From positions 224,001-288,000 of the forward strand of contig JAVYWL010000002.1 of the NCBI GenBank assembly GCA_038727135.1: a stretch of 64,000 bases of DNA. The letters are read 5' to 3'. The stretch comes from Candidatus Bathyarchaeia archaeon. GTDB lineage: Archaea > Thermoproteota > Bathyarchaeia > Bathyarchaeales > Bathycorpusculaceae. Of this stretch, positions 30,671 through 40,060 are shown in pieces (positions within the stretch are counted from its first letter, which is position 1; each line of letters starts with the position of its first letter). The notes beneath the pieces are model-generated. The model searched no databases. It was given only the letters and a program-made list of their open reading frames with translations, and had not been told where the DNA came from. The translations under genes were made by a program, and so were the position numbers.

Positions 30671-31378
30671 CTATGAGTAAGCCTCCCGCAACTTTAGTCC
30701 CCTCCTACCTACAACCTTTTGAACGCTCCTCAACAACACGTCTCCGATTGCTGTGCGATCCTTTTCTGAGAATTCGTAGCTTTGCCTCTTTACGTATTCG
30801 GAAAGTTCCATGTTCAAGCGGCGTAGGTTTTTCTCTTCAACATCAACAACGGCTTTAATGACGTCTTGGCTCTGGTTGTGTGTAGCCTTTTCCATAGCAT
30901 GGAGTAGGGTTGTAAAGTGAGGAAGACACAAGCCTTTAGACTCTTTAAAGAGATTAAGAAATTCTCCATCGCGTGAAGAGAGCAGCTCCACAATTTTCTT
31001 GACGTAGACTTTCAATAAACTGGCTAGGTGGACACATGCAGGGCAGCCGGCTGTTTGGATGAAAGCTTCTTTGCGATTCTTCCTTTGTTTATGTAAGTCC
31101 TGTAGAAGTTTTTCTATGATGCTTTGAGTGATTAGGGCTATTCCGTGACCGTCGGGGCTTTCTGGTTTTGTGGCTGTTATCAGCATTCTGTAGAAGTGGT
31201 GGTTGCAAAATCCCCCGCCTTCAATAAGTGTCTCCCTTGCCTTGGCGTCCATGACAAGTTCGGAGAGGTAAGCGTCTATGTATTTTCTTTCAATTTCATC
31301 TTCGAGTGCGCATAGGAAGCATTCTGCACCGCTTTTTATCATCCTTTCGATGCGGAAGTATGTTACATCAACGCTCAT
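30671..31378 (-). CDS. DUF6062-like protein with duplicated CxxC...CxxH metal-binding motifs
   Basis: CFLC...GGFCNHH and CPAC...GLCLPH motifs. Confidence 0.75.
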   Translation of the reverse strand: MSVDVTYFRIERMIKSGAECFLCALEDEIERKYIDAYLSELVMDAKARETLIEGGGFCNHHFYRMLITATKPESPDGHGIALITQSIIEKLLQDLHKQRKNRKEAFIQTAGCPACVHLASLLKVYVKKIVELLSSRDGEFLNLFKESKGLCLPHFTTLLHAMEKATHNQSQDVIKAVVDVEEKNLRRLNMELSEYVKRQSYEFSEKDRTAIGDVLLRSVQKVVGRRGLKLREAYS

Positions 31379-31382
31379 GCAA

Positions 31383-32258
31383 TCACCACTGCTCCTCAAT
31401 TGTTTTTAATATGCTTACAGCGTAGAAGGTGTCCTCAAAAGTGGATATTCCAATGTCTGACCTTGCAAATCCACCGTTTGCGTTTTGGCATCTTAACACA
31501 AACTCGGCTGTCTGCCTTGGATACCGCAAGCTTTCGCCGAGAAGATTAAGCGTTGACACTCCGTAATATACATGTTCCATGAATGGTGTGGAGCCGTCCG
31601 GCACAACGGTGAAGCCTCCATAAGGCTTTTCGCAAGCCCTAACATATCCAAGCGTATTCTTAAGCAGCTTAACCTGATAGCCCAAATTGAAAAGCGAAGC
31701 TACAGCATGATAAGTTGAATTCAGGTTTGAGTGCCCGTAGGCTCCAAAACCGCCGTCATTATTTTTGAAGCTCAACAGCCAATCTATAATTTTCTCACGG
31801 TTAACTTTTACATTAATCATGTTGGCAAGGTCAGTTGCCATAAACACTGATAGAAATTCTGAGGCAACCTCAGCATAAACGTCAACGGTTCCAAACTCGC
31901 CCCTGATAATTGGCAAAGAAAGAACAAACTTTTTCAAGCTCTCCCTGTCCGGCTCTTTGCCGCATAAATTTAGGGCTTCAGCCACATAATAATGCGAGTA
32001 AAGGCTGTCTGGAGTAAAGCCACGCAGCCACTCAACAGTCTTTTTAACATTTGGAAAAGGAAAGCCCAACAAATGCAAGATTGCCAGTCCATAATACGTG
32101 TCCTGTGCGTTTGATTCGGTTCCCTGACAGAAAGTGTATCCACCATCCTCATTCTGCCTACTAACAACATAGCCAACGACACGCTTAATCAACAAGTCTG
32201 TAAACTGCCTATTCACCAAAAGAGCTAACCGCCCCGCTTCCCGCAACCCAATACCCAC
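31383..32258 (-). CDS. Prenyltransferase/squalene-oxidase repeat (alpha/alpha barrel) protein
   Basis: Repeats RQNEDGGY, FKNNDGGFG, CEKPYGGF and CQNANGGF, each followed by a T/V-Y/F-Y/H-A/G helix. Confidence 0.82.
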   Translation of the reverse strand: MGIGLREAGRLALLVNRQFTDLLIKRVVGYVVSRQNEDGGYTFCQGTESNAQDTYYGLAILHLLGFPFPNVKKTVEWLRGFTPDSLYSHYYVAEALNLCGKEPDRESLKKFVLSLPIIRGEFGTVDVYAEVASEFLSVFMATDLANMINVKVNREKIIDWLLSFKNNDGGFGAYGHSNLNSTYHAVASLFNLGYQVKLLKNTLGYVRACEKPYGGFTVVPDGSTPFMEHVYYGVSTLNLLGESLRYPRQTAEFVLRCQNANGGFARSDIGISTFEDTFYAVSILKTIEEQW

Positions 32259-32279
32259 CTAAACGCATTTTAACACTGG

Positions 32280-32341
32280 GTAGAAGCTATCAGCCCTCGC
32301 GCACAAAGAAGCGAGGGCGGTTAAAGGCGAGCTTCATCGCC
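32280..32341 (-). ncRNA. Fluoride riboswitch (crcB motif)
   Basis: Minus strand reads GGCGATGAAGCTCGCC-TTTAACC-GCCCTCGC...GCGAGGGC-TGATAGCTTCTAC: P1 GGCGA/TCGCC, pseudoknot GAAGCT/AGCTTC, P2 hairpin and CTAC tail. Confidence 0.9.
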
Positions 32342-32366
32342 TTGAAGCTGGTAAAAAGCCATGAAT

Positions 32367-32382
32367 GAATATAAAGGTTTTT
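32367..32382 (-). promoter_or_regulatory. BRE/TATA promoter of the riboswitch operon
   Basis: AAAAACCTTTATATTC on the minus strand, about 28-34 nt upstream of the aptamer. Confidence 0.6.
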
Positions 32383-32391
32383 CGGGAGACT

Positions 32392-33171
32392 TCAAACGTC
32401 TAGCTTCTTTTTAACTATATGAAATCCCCGTTTTTCCAGCTGTTCTAAAAGCCCTTTCGGGTCTGGGAACCATTGTCCCCATTTTCTGCATATGTGCTCT
32501 GTCCAACTATAATTTTCGTAGGTGTAGGGGTCTGGACGCCCATCTTCTAGCGGAATTTTTGCCTTTAACCGCCTATAATAGTCTTGTGCCAAGTAGCCTT
32601 CATCCATAACCCTCATGGCTTCTGAAACCATTTCGTCTGTCAGTTCCGGATATTTGCCCTCAAAAAGTGTGAATTCTATCGGGTATCTTGGTCGTGGCGA
32701 GGGATCTTCAGCCGGGTAGCCCATAACAAGCTGCACAAGTGGGAAAACCCTTTTCGGCAAGTGATACTCTTCTGCTATTTTTTCTGCTTGGAACATGGCA
32801 CTTCCTAGGAAGCAGCTTCCTAAGCCTAGGCTTCTGGCAGCTATAACCATGTTTTCCGCCATTAAGGCGGCATCTTGAATCCCGAAAAATAGCAGCACCA
32901 AATCGTTGGTTACCATTTTCCAGCCCCTCTTCTCCATAATTCTCTCGAACTTGTGGTAGTCGACGCATATGGTGAAAAGCAGCGGCGCCTTGTATGGGTG
33001 GCGCTCCCTATCCCGCGACAATAGTATGCTATAGGCTTGAGAAGCGAAAGGCGCCTGCTGCCCAGCCCTAACGATTGTGCGTATAACATTTTCTGGCGGA
33101 ATTTCCGCCCTATACTTTCTTATGGACTTGTGGCTTAGCAGCGTCTGAATAACAAGGTTTTGCTCTATCAT
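32392..33171 (-). CDS. Nitroreductase family protein (NfsA-like)
   Basis: [29 protein letters not shown] and MGYPAE motifs. Confidence 0.88.
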   Translation of the reverse strand: MIEQNLVIQTLLSHKSIRKYRAEIPPENVIRTIVRAGQQAPFASQAYSILLSRDRERHPYKAPLLFTICVDYHKFERIMEKRGWKMVTNDLVLLFFGIQDAALMAENMVIAARSLGLGSCFLGSAMFQAEKIAEEYHLPKRVFPLVQLVMGYPAEDPSPRPRYPIEFTLFEGKYPELTDEMVSEAMRVMDEGYLAQDYYRRLKAKIPLEDGRPDPYTYENYSWTEHICRKWGQWFPDPKGLLEQLEKRGFHIVKKKLDV

Positions 33172-33299
33172 TTATGCACGTTCCTTTTCGACTCTTGATT
33201 AATGGTTGTCAAAGGGGATATAGTTTTCCAAAGAGTGGCTGCATATATCTAAATACTGACTGCGCCTACATATTCCAGCAGACTGGAAGGTGTTTAGTT

Positions 33300-34868
33300 A
33301 TGGTTGAGATTAGGGAGCCAACTGTTGAGGAGAAGATTAGACGCTTAAGGGAAATGCGGGAGCAAGCCAAACTCGGCGGCGGACTAAAACGAATCGAGGA
33401 GCAGCACGCTAAGGGTAAGCTGACTGCAAGAGAACGCATAGACCTCCTCCTAGACCCGGGAAGCTTCAACGAGCTTGACCAGTTTGTGGTTCACCAGTGC
33501 ACGGACTTCGGCATGGCAGAACGCAAATATTTGGGCGACGGCGTCGTAACGGGCTACGGAACAATAGACGGAAGACTAGTCTTTGTCTTCTCGCAAGATT
33601 TTACAGTTTTTGGCGGCTCATTGGGTGAAATGTTCGCAAGGAAAGTCTGCAAACTTATGGACTTAGCGATGAAAACAGGCGCGCCGGTCATAGGCTTAAA
33701 CGATTCAGGTGGGGCGCGCATACAAGAGGGTGTTGCAAGCCTTGCGGGTTATGGCGACATATTCTTCCGCAACGTGATGGCTTCCGGCGTCATACCACAA
33801 ATATCAGCCATTATGGGACCATGCGCAGGCGGCGCCGTCTACTCGCCAGCCCTAACAGACTTCATTATAATGGTGGACAAGACAAGCTACATGTTCATAA
33901 CCGGTCCAGATGTTGTCAGAACAGTTCTTGGACAAGAAGTTACCTTTGAAGAGCTTGGCGGAGCCATGGTGCATAGCCAAACCAGCGGCGTAGCCCACTT
34001 CATAGCCAAGGACGAGGAACACTGCATCCAAATAATTAAGAGGCTTCTGAGTTATTTGCCCAGCAACTACCTTGAAGACCCGCCCTATGTGGAGACCGGC
34101 GACGACCCAAACCGCACAGACGAGGAGCTAGCCCGCATAATGCCAGACGACCCAGACAAGCCCTACGACGTTAAAGAAATAATCCATCGAGTGGTTGACA
34201 ACAGCGAATTCTTTGAAGTTCAGTCCTTATGGGCGCCAAACATAGTCATAGGCTTCGCAAGGCTTAATGGCCATGTGATTGGAATAGTGGCAAACCAGCC
34301 CGCCTACTACGCTGGGGCGCTTGACATAAACTCGTCAGTTAAAGCCGGGAGATTTGTTCGCTTCTGCGACTGCTTCAACATACCAATAATAACCTTCGTG
34401 GATGTGCCGGGCTTCTTACCAGGCATAGAGCAGGAACACGGCGGAATAATACGCCACGGCTCGAAACTGTTGTACGCTTACTGTGAAGCCACAGTCCCAA
34501 AAATAACAGTTATACTTCGCAAGGCTTATGGCGGAGCCTACGACGTCATGGGAAGCAAACATTCCGGCGGAGACATAAATTATGCCTGGCCAACAGCCGA
34601 AATAGCCGTCATGGGACCGCAAGGAGCCATAAACATAATCTTCCGGAAGGAAATCGCCGAAGCCCCAGACCCGGAGCAGAAGCGTTTGGAGCTTGTTAGT
34701 GATTACCGGCGGAAGTTTGCCAACCCTTATGTGGCGGCGCAGAAAGGCTACATTGATGAGGTTATAGAGCCGGCTGAAACAAGGCCGAAGCTTATTAGTG
34801 CTCTTGAAATGCTTATGACAAAACGCGAGGCTAGGCCGCCCAAAAAGCATGCAAACATCCCGTTGTAA
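33300..34868 (+). CDS. pccB: Acyl-CoA carboxyltransferase (propionyl-CoA carboxylase beta / transcarboxylase 12S type)
   Basis: [29 protein letters not shown] and RKAYGGAY motifs. Confidence 0.93.
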   Translation: MVEIREPTVEEKIRRLREMREQAKLGGGLKRIEEQHAKGKLTARERIDLLLDPGSFNELDQFVVHQCTDFGMAERKYLGDGVVTGYGTIDGRLVFVFSQDFTVFGGSLGEMFARKVCKLMDLAMKTGAPVIGLNDSGGARIQEGVASLAGYGDIFFRNVMASGVIPQISAIMGPCAGGAVYSPALTDFIIMVDKTSYMFITGPDVVRTVLGQEVTFEELGGAMVHSQTSGVAHFIAKDEEHCIQIIKRLLSYLPSNYLEDPPYVETGDDPNRTDEELARIMPDDPDKPYDVKEIIHRVVDNSEFFEVQSLWAPNIVIGFARLNGHVIGIVANQPAYYAGALDINSSVKAGRFVRFCDCFNIPIITFVDVPGFLPGIEQEHGGIIRHGSKLLYAYCEATVPKITVILRKAYGGAYDVMGSKHSGGDINYAWPTAEIAVMGPQGAINIIFRKEIAEAPDPEQKRLELVSDYRRKFANPYVAAQKGYIDEVIEPAETRPKLISALEMLMTKREARPPKKHANIPL

Positions 34869-34878
34869 GTGTTGTAAG

Positions 34879-35718
34879 ATGGGAGAGCAGCCAGTAAAAA
34901 GTGGAATCCCTCCAATAACAAAGAGCAGACTAGTGGCTGACTTGAAAAGGCTGGGAGTGGCTTCTGGAGACACGTTAATGCTTCATGCCTCTGTTAAGGC
35001 TGTGGGGTGGGTTGTGGGCGGTCCGGACGTTGTCATCCAAGCCCTGTTGGAAGTTCTATGTGAGGAGGGAACTTTGATGATATATGTTGGCTGGGAAGAC
35101 CCCCCTTGGGAAGCACCATACGTGTTCAAAGAATGGCCAGAGGAGTGGCAAAGGGCATACCTAGAGGAGTTTCCTCCCTTTAACCCAGCCACTTCTAGGG
35201 CTCATAGAAGATGGAGCATACTAACTGAATATTTGCGCACATGGCCGGGCGCTTACAGAAGTGGCAATCCAGAGGCTTCATGTGTGGCTGTCGGAGCAAA
35301 GGCAAAGTGGCTCACGGAAAAACATCCACTCCAATATGGTTACGGGCCGGGTTCGCCATTCGCCAAGCTATGCGAGGCTAAGGGCAAGGTTCTACTTCTC
35401 GGGGCGCCTTTCGGCTCGATTACGCTTTTGCATTACGCGGAGCACTTGGCCAAAGTGCCTAACAAACTGGTCATACGCTACAAAGTGCCAATTTTGCAAG
35501 AAGGCAAAAGAGTTTGGGTTGAAATTGAGGAATTTGACACTTGTGGGCATGTTCTGCCGAACGCGCGTGAATATTTTGAGGCTATACCAAGGGAATATTT
35601 CGCCTCTGGCAGAGGACTCATCGGAAAGGTTGGAGAGGCTCAATCTTACCTTTTCGACGCCGCAGACTTTGTCGAATTCGCTGTGCGATGGCTTGAAAGG
35701 AAATACGGATGCAAATAA
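34879..35718 (+). CDS. Aminoglycoside 3-N-acetyltransferase family protein
   Basis: LMLHASVKAVGWVVGG, YGYGPGSP and TLLHYAEH motifs. Confidence 0.88.
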   Translation: MGEQPVKSGIPPITKSRLVADLKRLGVASGDTLMLHASVKAVGWVVGGPDVVIQALLEVLCEEGTLMIYVGWEDPPWEAPYVFKEWPEEWQRAYLEEFPPFNPATSRAHRRWSILTEYLRTWPGAYRSGNPEASCVAVGAKAKWLTEKHPLQYGYGPGSPFAKLCEAKGKVLLLGAPFGSITLLHYAEHLAKVPNKLVIRYKVPILQEGKRVWVEIEEFDTCGHVLPNAREYFEAIPREYFASGRGLIGKVGEAQSYLFDAADFVEFAVRWLERKYGCK

Positions 35719-35789
35719 TCCGCGAAACAGACCATTACAGATTAATAGCGGCTTAACCATTCTTCAAAATCCTCAAGAGGCAACGGTTT

Positions 35790-37334
35790 ATGGCATCGAA
35801 ACCCGTTAAGATTACAGACACTACGTTTCGAGACGCTCATCAGTCGTTGATGGCGACTAGGATGCGCACTGAATCAATGCTTCCCATAGCCGAGAAAATG
35901 GACAGTGTTGGCTTTTTCTCCATGGAGGTTTGGGGAGGCGCCACCTTCGACGTCTGCATACGCTATTTGGCTGAAGACCCTTGGGAGAGAATCCGCCAGC
36001 TTAAGAGGCATATTAGGCGTACGCCGTTGCAGATGCTTTTGAGGGGGCAGAACATTGTTGGTTACCGGAACTATCCGGATGATGTTGTCATAAAATTCGT
36101 TGAGAAAGCCGCTGAAAACGGCATAGACATATTCCGAGTTTTTGACGCCTTAAACGATGTTCGCAACATGGAAGTAGCCATAAAAACCGTCAAAAAAGTG
36201 GGCAAACACGCGCAGGGCACTATATGCTACACCATAAGCCCAGTCCACACAATAGACTATTACGTGAATGTCGCCAAGAAGCTAGCTGAGCTTAATTGCG
36301 ACTCCGTATGCATAAAGGACATGGCTGGAATGCTAGCGCCCCAACCAGCCTACGAACTAATAACAGCCCTCAAAAAAGAGGTGGGCTTGCCAGTGCACCT
36401 GCATTGCCACTGCACCAGCGGGATGGCTATGATGACATATCTGCGGGCATGCGAAGCCGGAGTAGACATAATAGACACCGCTTTCTCACCATTGGCGTGG
36501 GGCACATCCCAGCCGCCAGTAGAATCCGTAGTGGCTGCTCTGAAGGGTACGCCTTACGACCCAGGACTTGACATGGAACTTCTCCAAGAGATTGCAGAAT
36601 ACTTCAGGGAACTTAGAGAAAAATACTATGACCCGTTGGGGCTCATAGACCCCAAAGCCGAAAAGGTCGACCCATCCATAATGGTTCACCAAATTCCCGG
36701 CGGAATGTTCTCCAACCTTCTCGAACAGTTAAGGGAGCAGAACGCTGTCCATAGGCTTAAGGAGGTTCTAGAAGAGGTTCCAAGAGTTCGAAAAGAGCTT
36801 GGCTACCCGCCGCTGGTAACACCTACAAGCCAGCTTGTGGGCATCCAAGCTGTTCTTAATGTTTTGTCTGGAAAACGTTACAGCATAGTGCCAAAGGAAA
36901 TAAAAGACTATGTTAAGGGGTTTTATGGACGCCCACCAGCCCCAATAGACGAGGAAGTTAAGCGACTGATTATTGGCGATGAGGAGCCAATAACATGTCG
37001 TCCAGCAGACCTTCTTGAACCAGCCCTGGATAAGATTCCGGAGGATGTTAAACCCTACATTGAAAGCGAGGAGGACATGCTCACATACGCCTTGTTTCCA
37101 GCTATAGCCCCAGAATTCTTCAAGAAAAGGAAAGCCAAAAGAGAAGAAGCGAAAACAAGTATACCGCCTGAACGAATGGCAGAGCTTGAACAGGTGGCAG
37201 CCGTATCTGCGGCAATTGCCACTTACATGGCAAGTTTAAGCGAGGTGAAAGCCCTAACCCTCCAAAGGGCTAGGCGTGGAGTTTCGCCGTGGGTTCTTGC
37301 CGGAAGACAAAGCCTAGCCGAGCATGGTGTTTAA
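35790..37334 (+). CDS. Pyruvate/oxaloacetate carboxyltransferase without a biotinyl domain (PycB/OadA/transcarboxylase 5S type)
   Basis: RDAHQS, WGGATFD, QMLLRGQN, KDMAG, HCH and PPLVTPTSQ motifs; no MKM. Confidence 0.93.
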   Translation: MASKPVKITDTTFRDAHQSLMATRMRTESMLPIAEKMDSVGFFSMEVWGGATFDVCIRYLAEDPWERIRQLKRHIRRTPLQMLLRGQNIVGYRNYPDDVVIKFVEKAAENGIDIFRVFDALNDVRNMEVAIKTVKKVGKHAQGTICYTISPVHTIDYYVNVAKKLAELNCDSVCIKDMAGMLAPQPAYELITALKKEVGLPVHLHCHCTSGMAMMTYLRACEAGVDIIDTAFSPLAWGTSQPPVESVVAALKGTPYDPGLDMELLQEIAEYFRELREKYYDPLGLIDPKAEKVDPSIMVHQIPGGMFSNLLEQLREQNAVHRLKEVLEEVPRVRKELGYPPLVTPTSQLVGIQAVLNVLSGKRYSIVPKEIKDYVKGFYGRPPAPIDEEVKRLIIGDEEPITCRPADLLEPALDKIPEDVKPYIESEEDMLTYALFPAIAPEFFKKRKAKREEAKTSIPPERMAELEQVAAVSAAIATYMASLSEVKALTLQRARRGVSPWVLAGRQSLAEHGV

Positions 37335-37335
37335 A

Positions 37336-37896
37336 ATGCCAACCTACGAAATTTTCATAAACGGAAAACCATGGCGAATCGAAGTTTCAAAAATTAACGA
37401 AAAAACCTTCACAGTCAAGCTTGGAGAAAAATCCTTCAACGTTGAAGTTCCGGAAGGCAAGCTTCAGCCCGAAAAACAACTTCAATTAAAAATTGGCAAT
37501 AAGGCATATGCGGTGACTTTGCAGGAAATTAGCAAAACAAAGCCCTTCACGGTTAAGGTTGAAGGGGCATCCTTTAAAGCGGAGCTGAAAACGCCCACTT
37601 TGGCGCGGTTGTCTGTTCCGTCAGCCATGGAACAAGCCCTCCAAGCGCCGACGCTAAGGGTGCCGAAGCCAAAACAAGTGGTTTCTGGAACTGTTACGGC
37701 GCCCATGACTGGAAAAATAATATCCATAAAGGTTGGGAAGGGCGAACAAGTTAAGGCTGGACAAGTATTGTGCATTTTGGAAGCCATGAAAATGGAAAAC
37801 GAGATTACGGCGCCTGTGGCTGGAACAGTCCGCGAGATTCTAGTTTCAGAGGGCGTCTCCGTGAATGAGGGCGACCCCTTATTTGTTATTGGCTAA
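37336..37896 (+). CDS. Biotin carboxyl carrier protein 2
   Basis: EAMKMENEI motif; N-terminal beta domain; paralog of 26991-27530. Confidence 0.92.
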   Translation: MPTYEIFINGKPWRIEVSKINEKTFTVKLGEKSFNVEVPEGKLQPEKQLQLKIGNKAYAVTLQEISKTKPFTVKVEGASFKAELKTPTLARLSVPSAMEQALQAPTLRVPKPKQVVSGTVTAPMTGKIISIKVGKGEQVKAGQVLCILEAMKMENEITAPVAGTVREILVSEGVSVNEGDPLFVIG

Positions 37897-37898
37897 GG

Positions 37899-39578
37899 CT
37901 AGAATATGGATGGAGGCTTGTACTCTCCGAAAACTTGGCGGAGGGTGTCGCATATCTCGCCTAGGGTGGCGTATTCCTTGACGGCTTGAATTATGAAGGG
38001 CATAAGGTTTACATTTTCCTTCTCTGCTGCTTTTCGCAAACTGTCTAGGGCTTCCCTGACTTTGGCATTGTTTCTTTGGCTTTTCACCTCTTGCAAGCGT
38101 TTAATCAGCGTTTTCTCGATTTCAGGGTCTATTCGCAAAATTTTGATTGGAGTTTTCTCCTCGCTTACGAACTCATTGACGCCGACCACTATGCGCTCTT
38201 TGCTTTCCACCTCCTTCTGATAGCGGTAGGCGCTTTCCATTATTTCCCTTTGCATGAAGCCCTTCTCTATGGCGGCGACAGCCCCGCCCATCTCGTCTAT
38301 CTGCTCAATGTATTTTGTGGCTTTCTCCTCAATCTGGCTTGTCAAGTACTCCACGTAATAGGAGCCGCCAAGCGGGTCTATAGTGTCTGCAACACCGCTT
38401 TCGTAGGCTATTATTTGCTGGGTTCTAAGCGCTATGGTTACGGCTTGTTCGCTGGGCAAGGCGTAAGCCTCATCAAAAGAGTTTGTGTGCAGCGACTGGG
38501 TTCCACCTAAAACTGCTGCCAAGGCTTGAATGGTTACGCGGATAATATTGTTTAGAGGCTGCTGGGCTGTAAGCGAAACCCCAGAAGTCTGCGTGTGAAA
38601 GCGCAGCATCCAAGAGGTCGGGTTTTTGGCACCGAAACGTTCCCTCATTATTTTAGCCCACAAACGCCTAGCAGCCCTAAACTTGGCAACCTCCTCAAAC
38701 AAGTTGTTGTGCGCCGCAAAGAAAAACGAGAGCCTACCAGCGAATTTGTCAACGTCTAAACCTCTGTCTATGGCGGCTTGCACATAGGCTATGGCATTGG
38801 CAAATGTGAAGGCTATTTCTTGAACCGCCGTGGCTCCAGCCTCTCGGATGTGGTAGCCGCTTATGCTTATGGTGTTCCACTTTGGCACGTTTTTGGCGCA
38901 ATATTCGAAAATGTCTGTGACTAGGCGCATGGAAGGCTTAGGTGGAAAGATATACATGCCTCTGGCAACATACTCCTTCAAAATGTCATTCTGCACAGTG
39001 CCATCAAGCACGCTCTGCGGAACACCATGCTTCTCGCCCACAACAATATACATGGCGAGCAGAACCGCCGCCGGCGCATTAATAGTCATAGAAGTTGTAA
39101 TTTTGTCCAAGGGTATGCCGTCAAAAACTATTTCCATATCCCGCAAAGTGCTAACGCTCACGCCAGCCTTGCCAACTTCGCCCCTCGCCATAGGATGGTC
39201 GCAATCATAACCCACCTGCGTTGGAAAGTCAAAAGCCACGCTTAATCCGGTCTGACCTTGGCTTAACAAGTATTTGAAGCGCTGGTTTGTCTGCTCAGCG
39301 GTGCCAAAGCCGGCATACTGCCTCATAGTCCAAAAACGAGCTCTATACATGGTTGGATAAACGCCACGCGTGAAGGGATACTCGCCAGGAAAACCTAAAT
39401 CTCCAAAATAGTCTAGATTGGCGATGTCTGCTGGTGTGTAGAGGCGGCTTACTGGTATATCAGAGCTTGTTAAAAACTCGCCCCGCTCCGGAAGTCTCTC
39501 AAGGCTTTTAGCGACAGTCTCCCTTTCCCAGCGCTCCCTTTCACGCCTAACCCTTTCCAGCATTCCCATGTCAAACAA
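37899..39578 (-). CDS. Methylmalonyl-CoA mutase, catalytic (large) subunit
   Basis: RQYAGF and RFHTQT (the Tyr and Arg typical of MCM), GYHIREAG; no B12-binding domain. Confidence 0.93.
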   Translation of the reverse strand: MFDMGMLERVRRERERWERETVAKSLERLPERGEFLTSSDIPVSRLYTPADIANLDYFGDLGFPGEYPFTRGVYPTMYRARFWTMRQYAGFGTAEQTNQRFKYLLSQGQTGLSVAFDFPTQVGYDCDHPMARGEVGKAGVSVSTLRDMEIVFDGIPLDKITTSMTINAPAAVLLAMYIVVGEKHGVPQSVLDGTVQNDILKEYVARGMYIFPPKPSMRLVTDIFEYCAKNVPKWNTISISGYHIREAGATAVQEIAFTFANAIAYVQAAIDRGLDVDKFAGRLSFFFAAHNNLFEEVAKFRAARRLWAKIMRERFGAKNPTSWMLRFHTQTSGVSLTAQQPLNNIIRVTIQALAAVLGGTQSLHTNSFDEAYALPSEQAVTIALRTQQIIAYESGVADTIDPLGGSYYVEYLTSQIEEKATKYIEQIDEMGGAVAAIEKGFMQREIMESAYRYQKEVESKERIVVGVNEFVSEEKTPIKILRIDPEIEKTLIKRLQEVKSQRNNAKVREALDSLRKAAEKENVNLMPFIIQAVKEYATLGEICDTLRQVFGEYKPPSIF

Positions 39579-39676
39579 GTCGGATACACCAAAACTACAT
39601 TGACTTAAAGCATATAAATGGTTACTTCGGAAAGCTTACAAGAAACAAATATAAGAAAATCTATATTCATTTAATC

Positions 39677-39991
39677 TTGAAGGCAGGGCCAGCGAAATTG
39701 AGGGTTAAAGTCGAATACATCGGGCATATCAAAGAGATAATCCGAAGCGGTAGAGAGGAAGAGCTAGAAATCTCTGAGGGCGCCTCCCTTGCAGATTTAC
39801 TTTCCATGCTTGCCGAGAAATATGGCGAGCCCTTCCGCAAAGCCGTCTACGAACCCGGCGGCTCAGATGTGAAACAAAGCTTCATAATAACGGTTAACGG
39901 CTACTTGCTAAACCAGCTCAGCAGCGGCGTGGAAACAAAACTCAAACATGGAGACCACGTAATTTTAATGTCCATAGTGAGCGGCGGCTAA
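39677..39991 (+). CDS. MoaD/SAMP ubiquitin-like protein
   Basis: Beta-grasp pattern, VNG segment and C-terminal VSGG. Confidence 0.88.
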   Translation: MKAGPAKLRVKVEYIGHIKEIIRSGREEELEISEGASLADLLSMLAEKYGEPFRKAVYEPGGSDVKQSFIITVNGYLLNQLSSGVETKLKHGDHVILMSIVSGG

Positions 39992-40060
39992 AACATTTCG
40001 ATTTTTTAAATTTCAGAACATTTTATAAGCTAAACAAGAAGCACATATTCTCTTCAAAAG

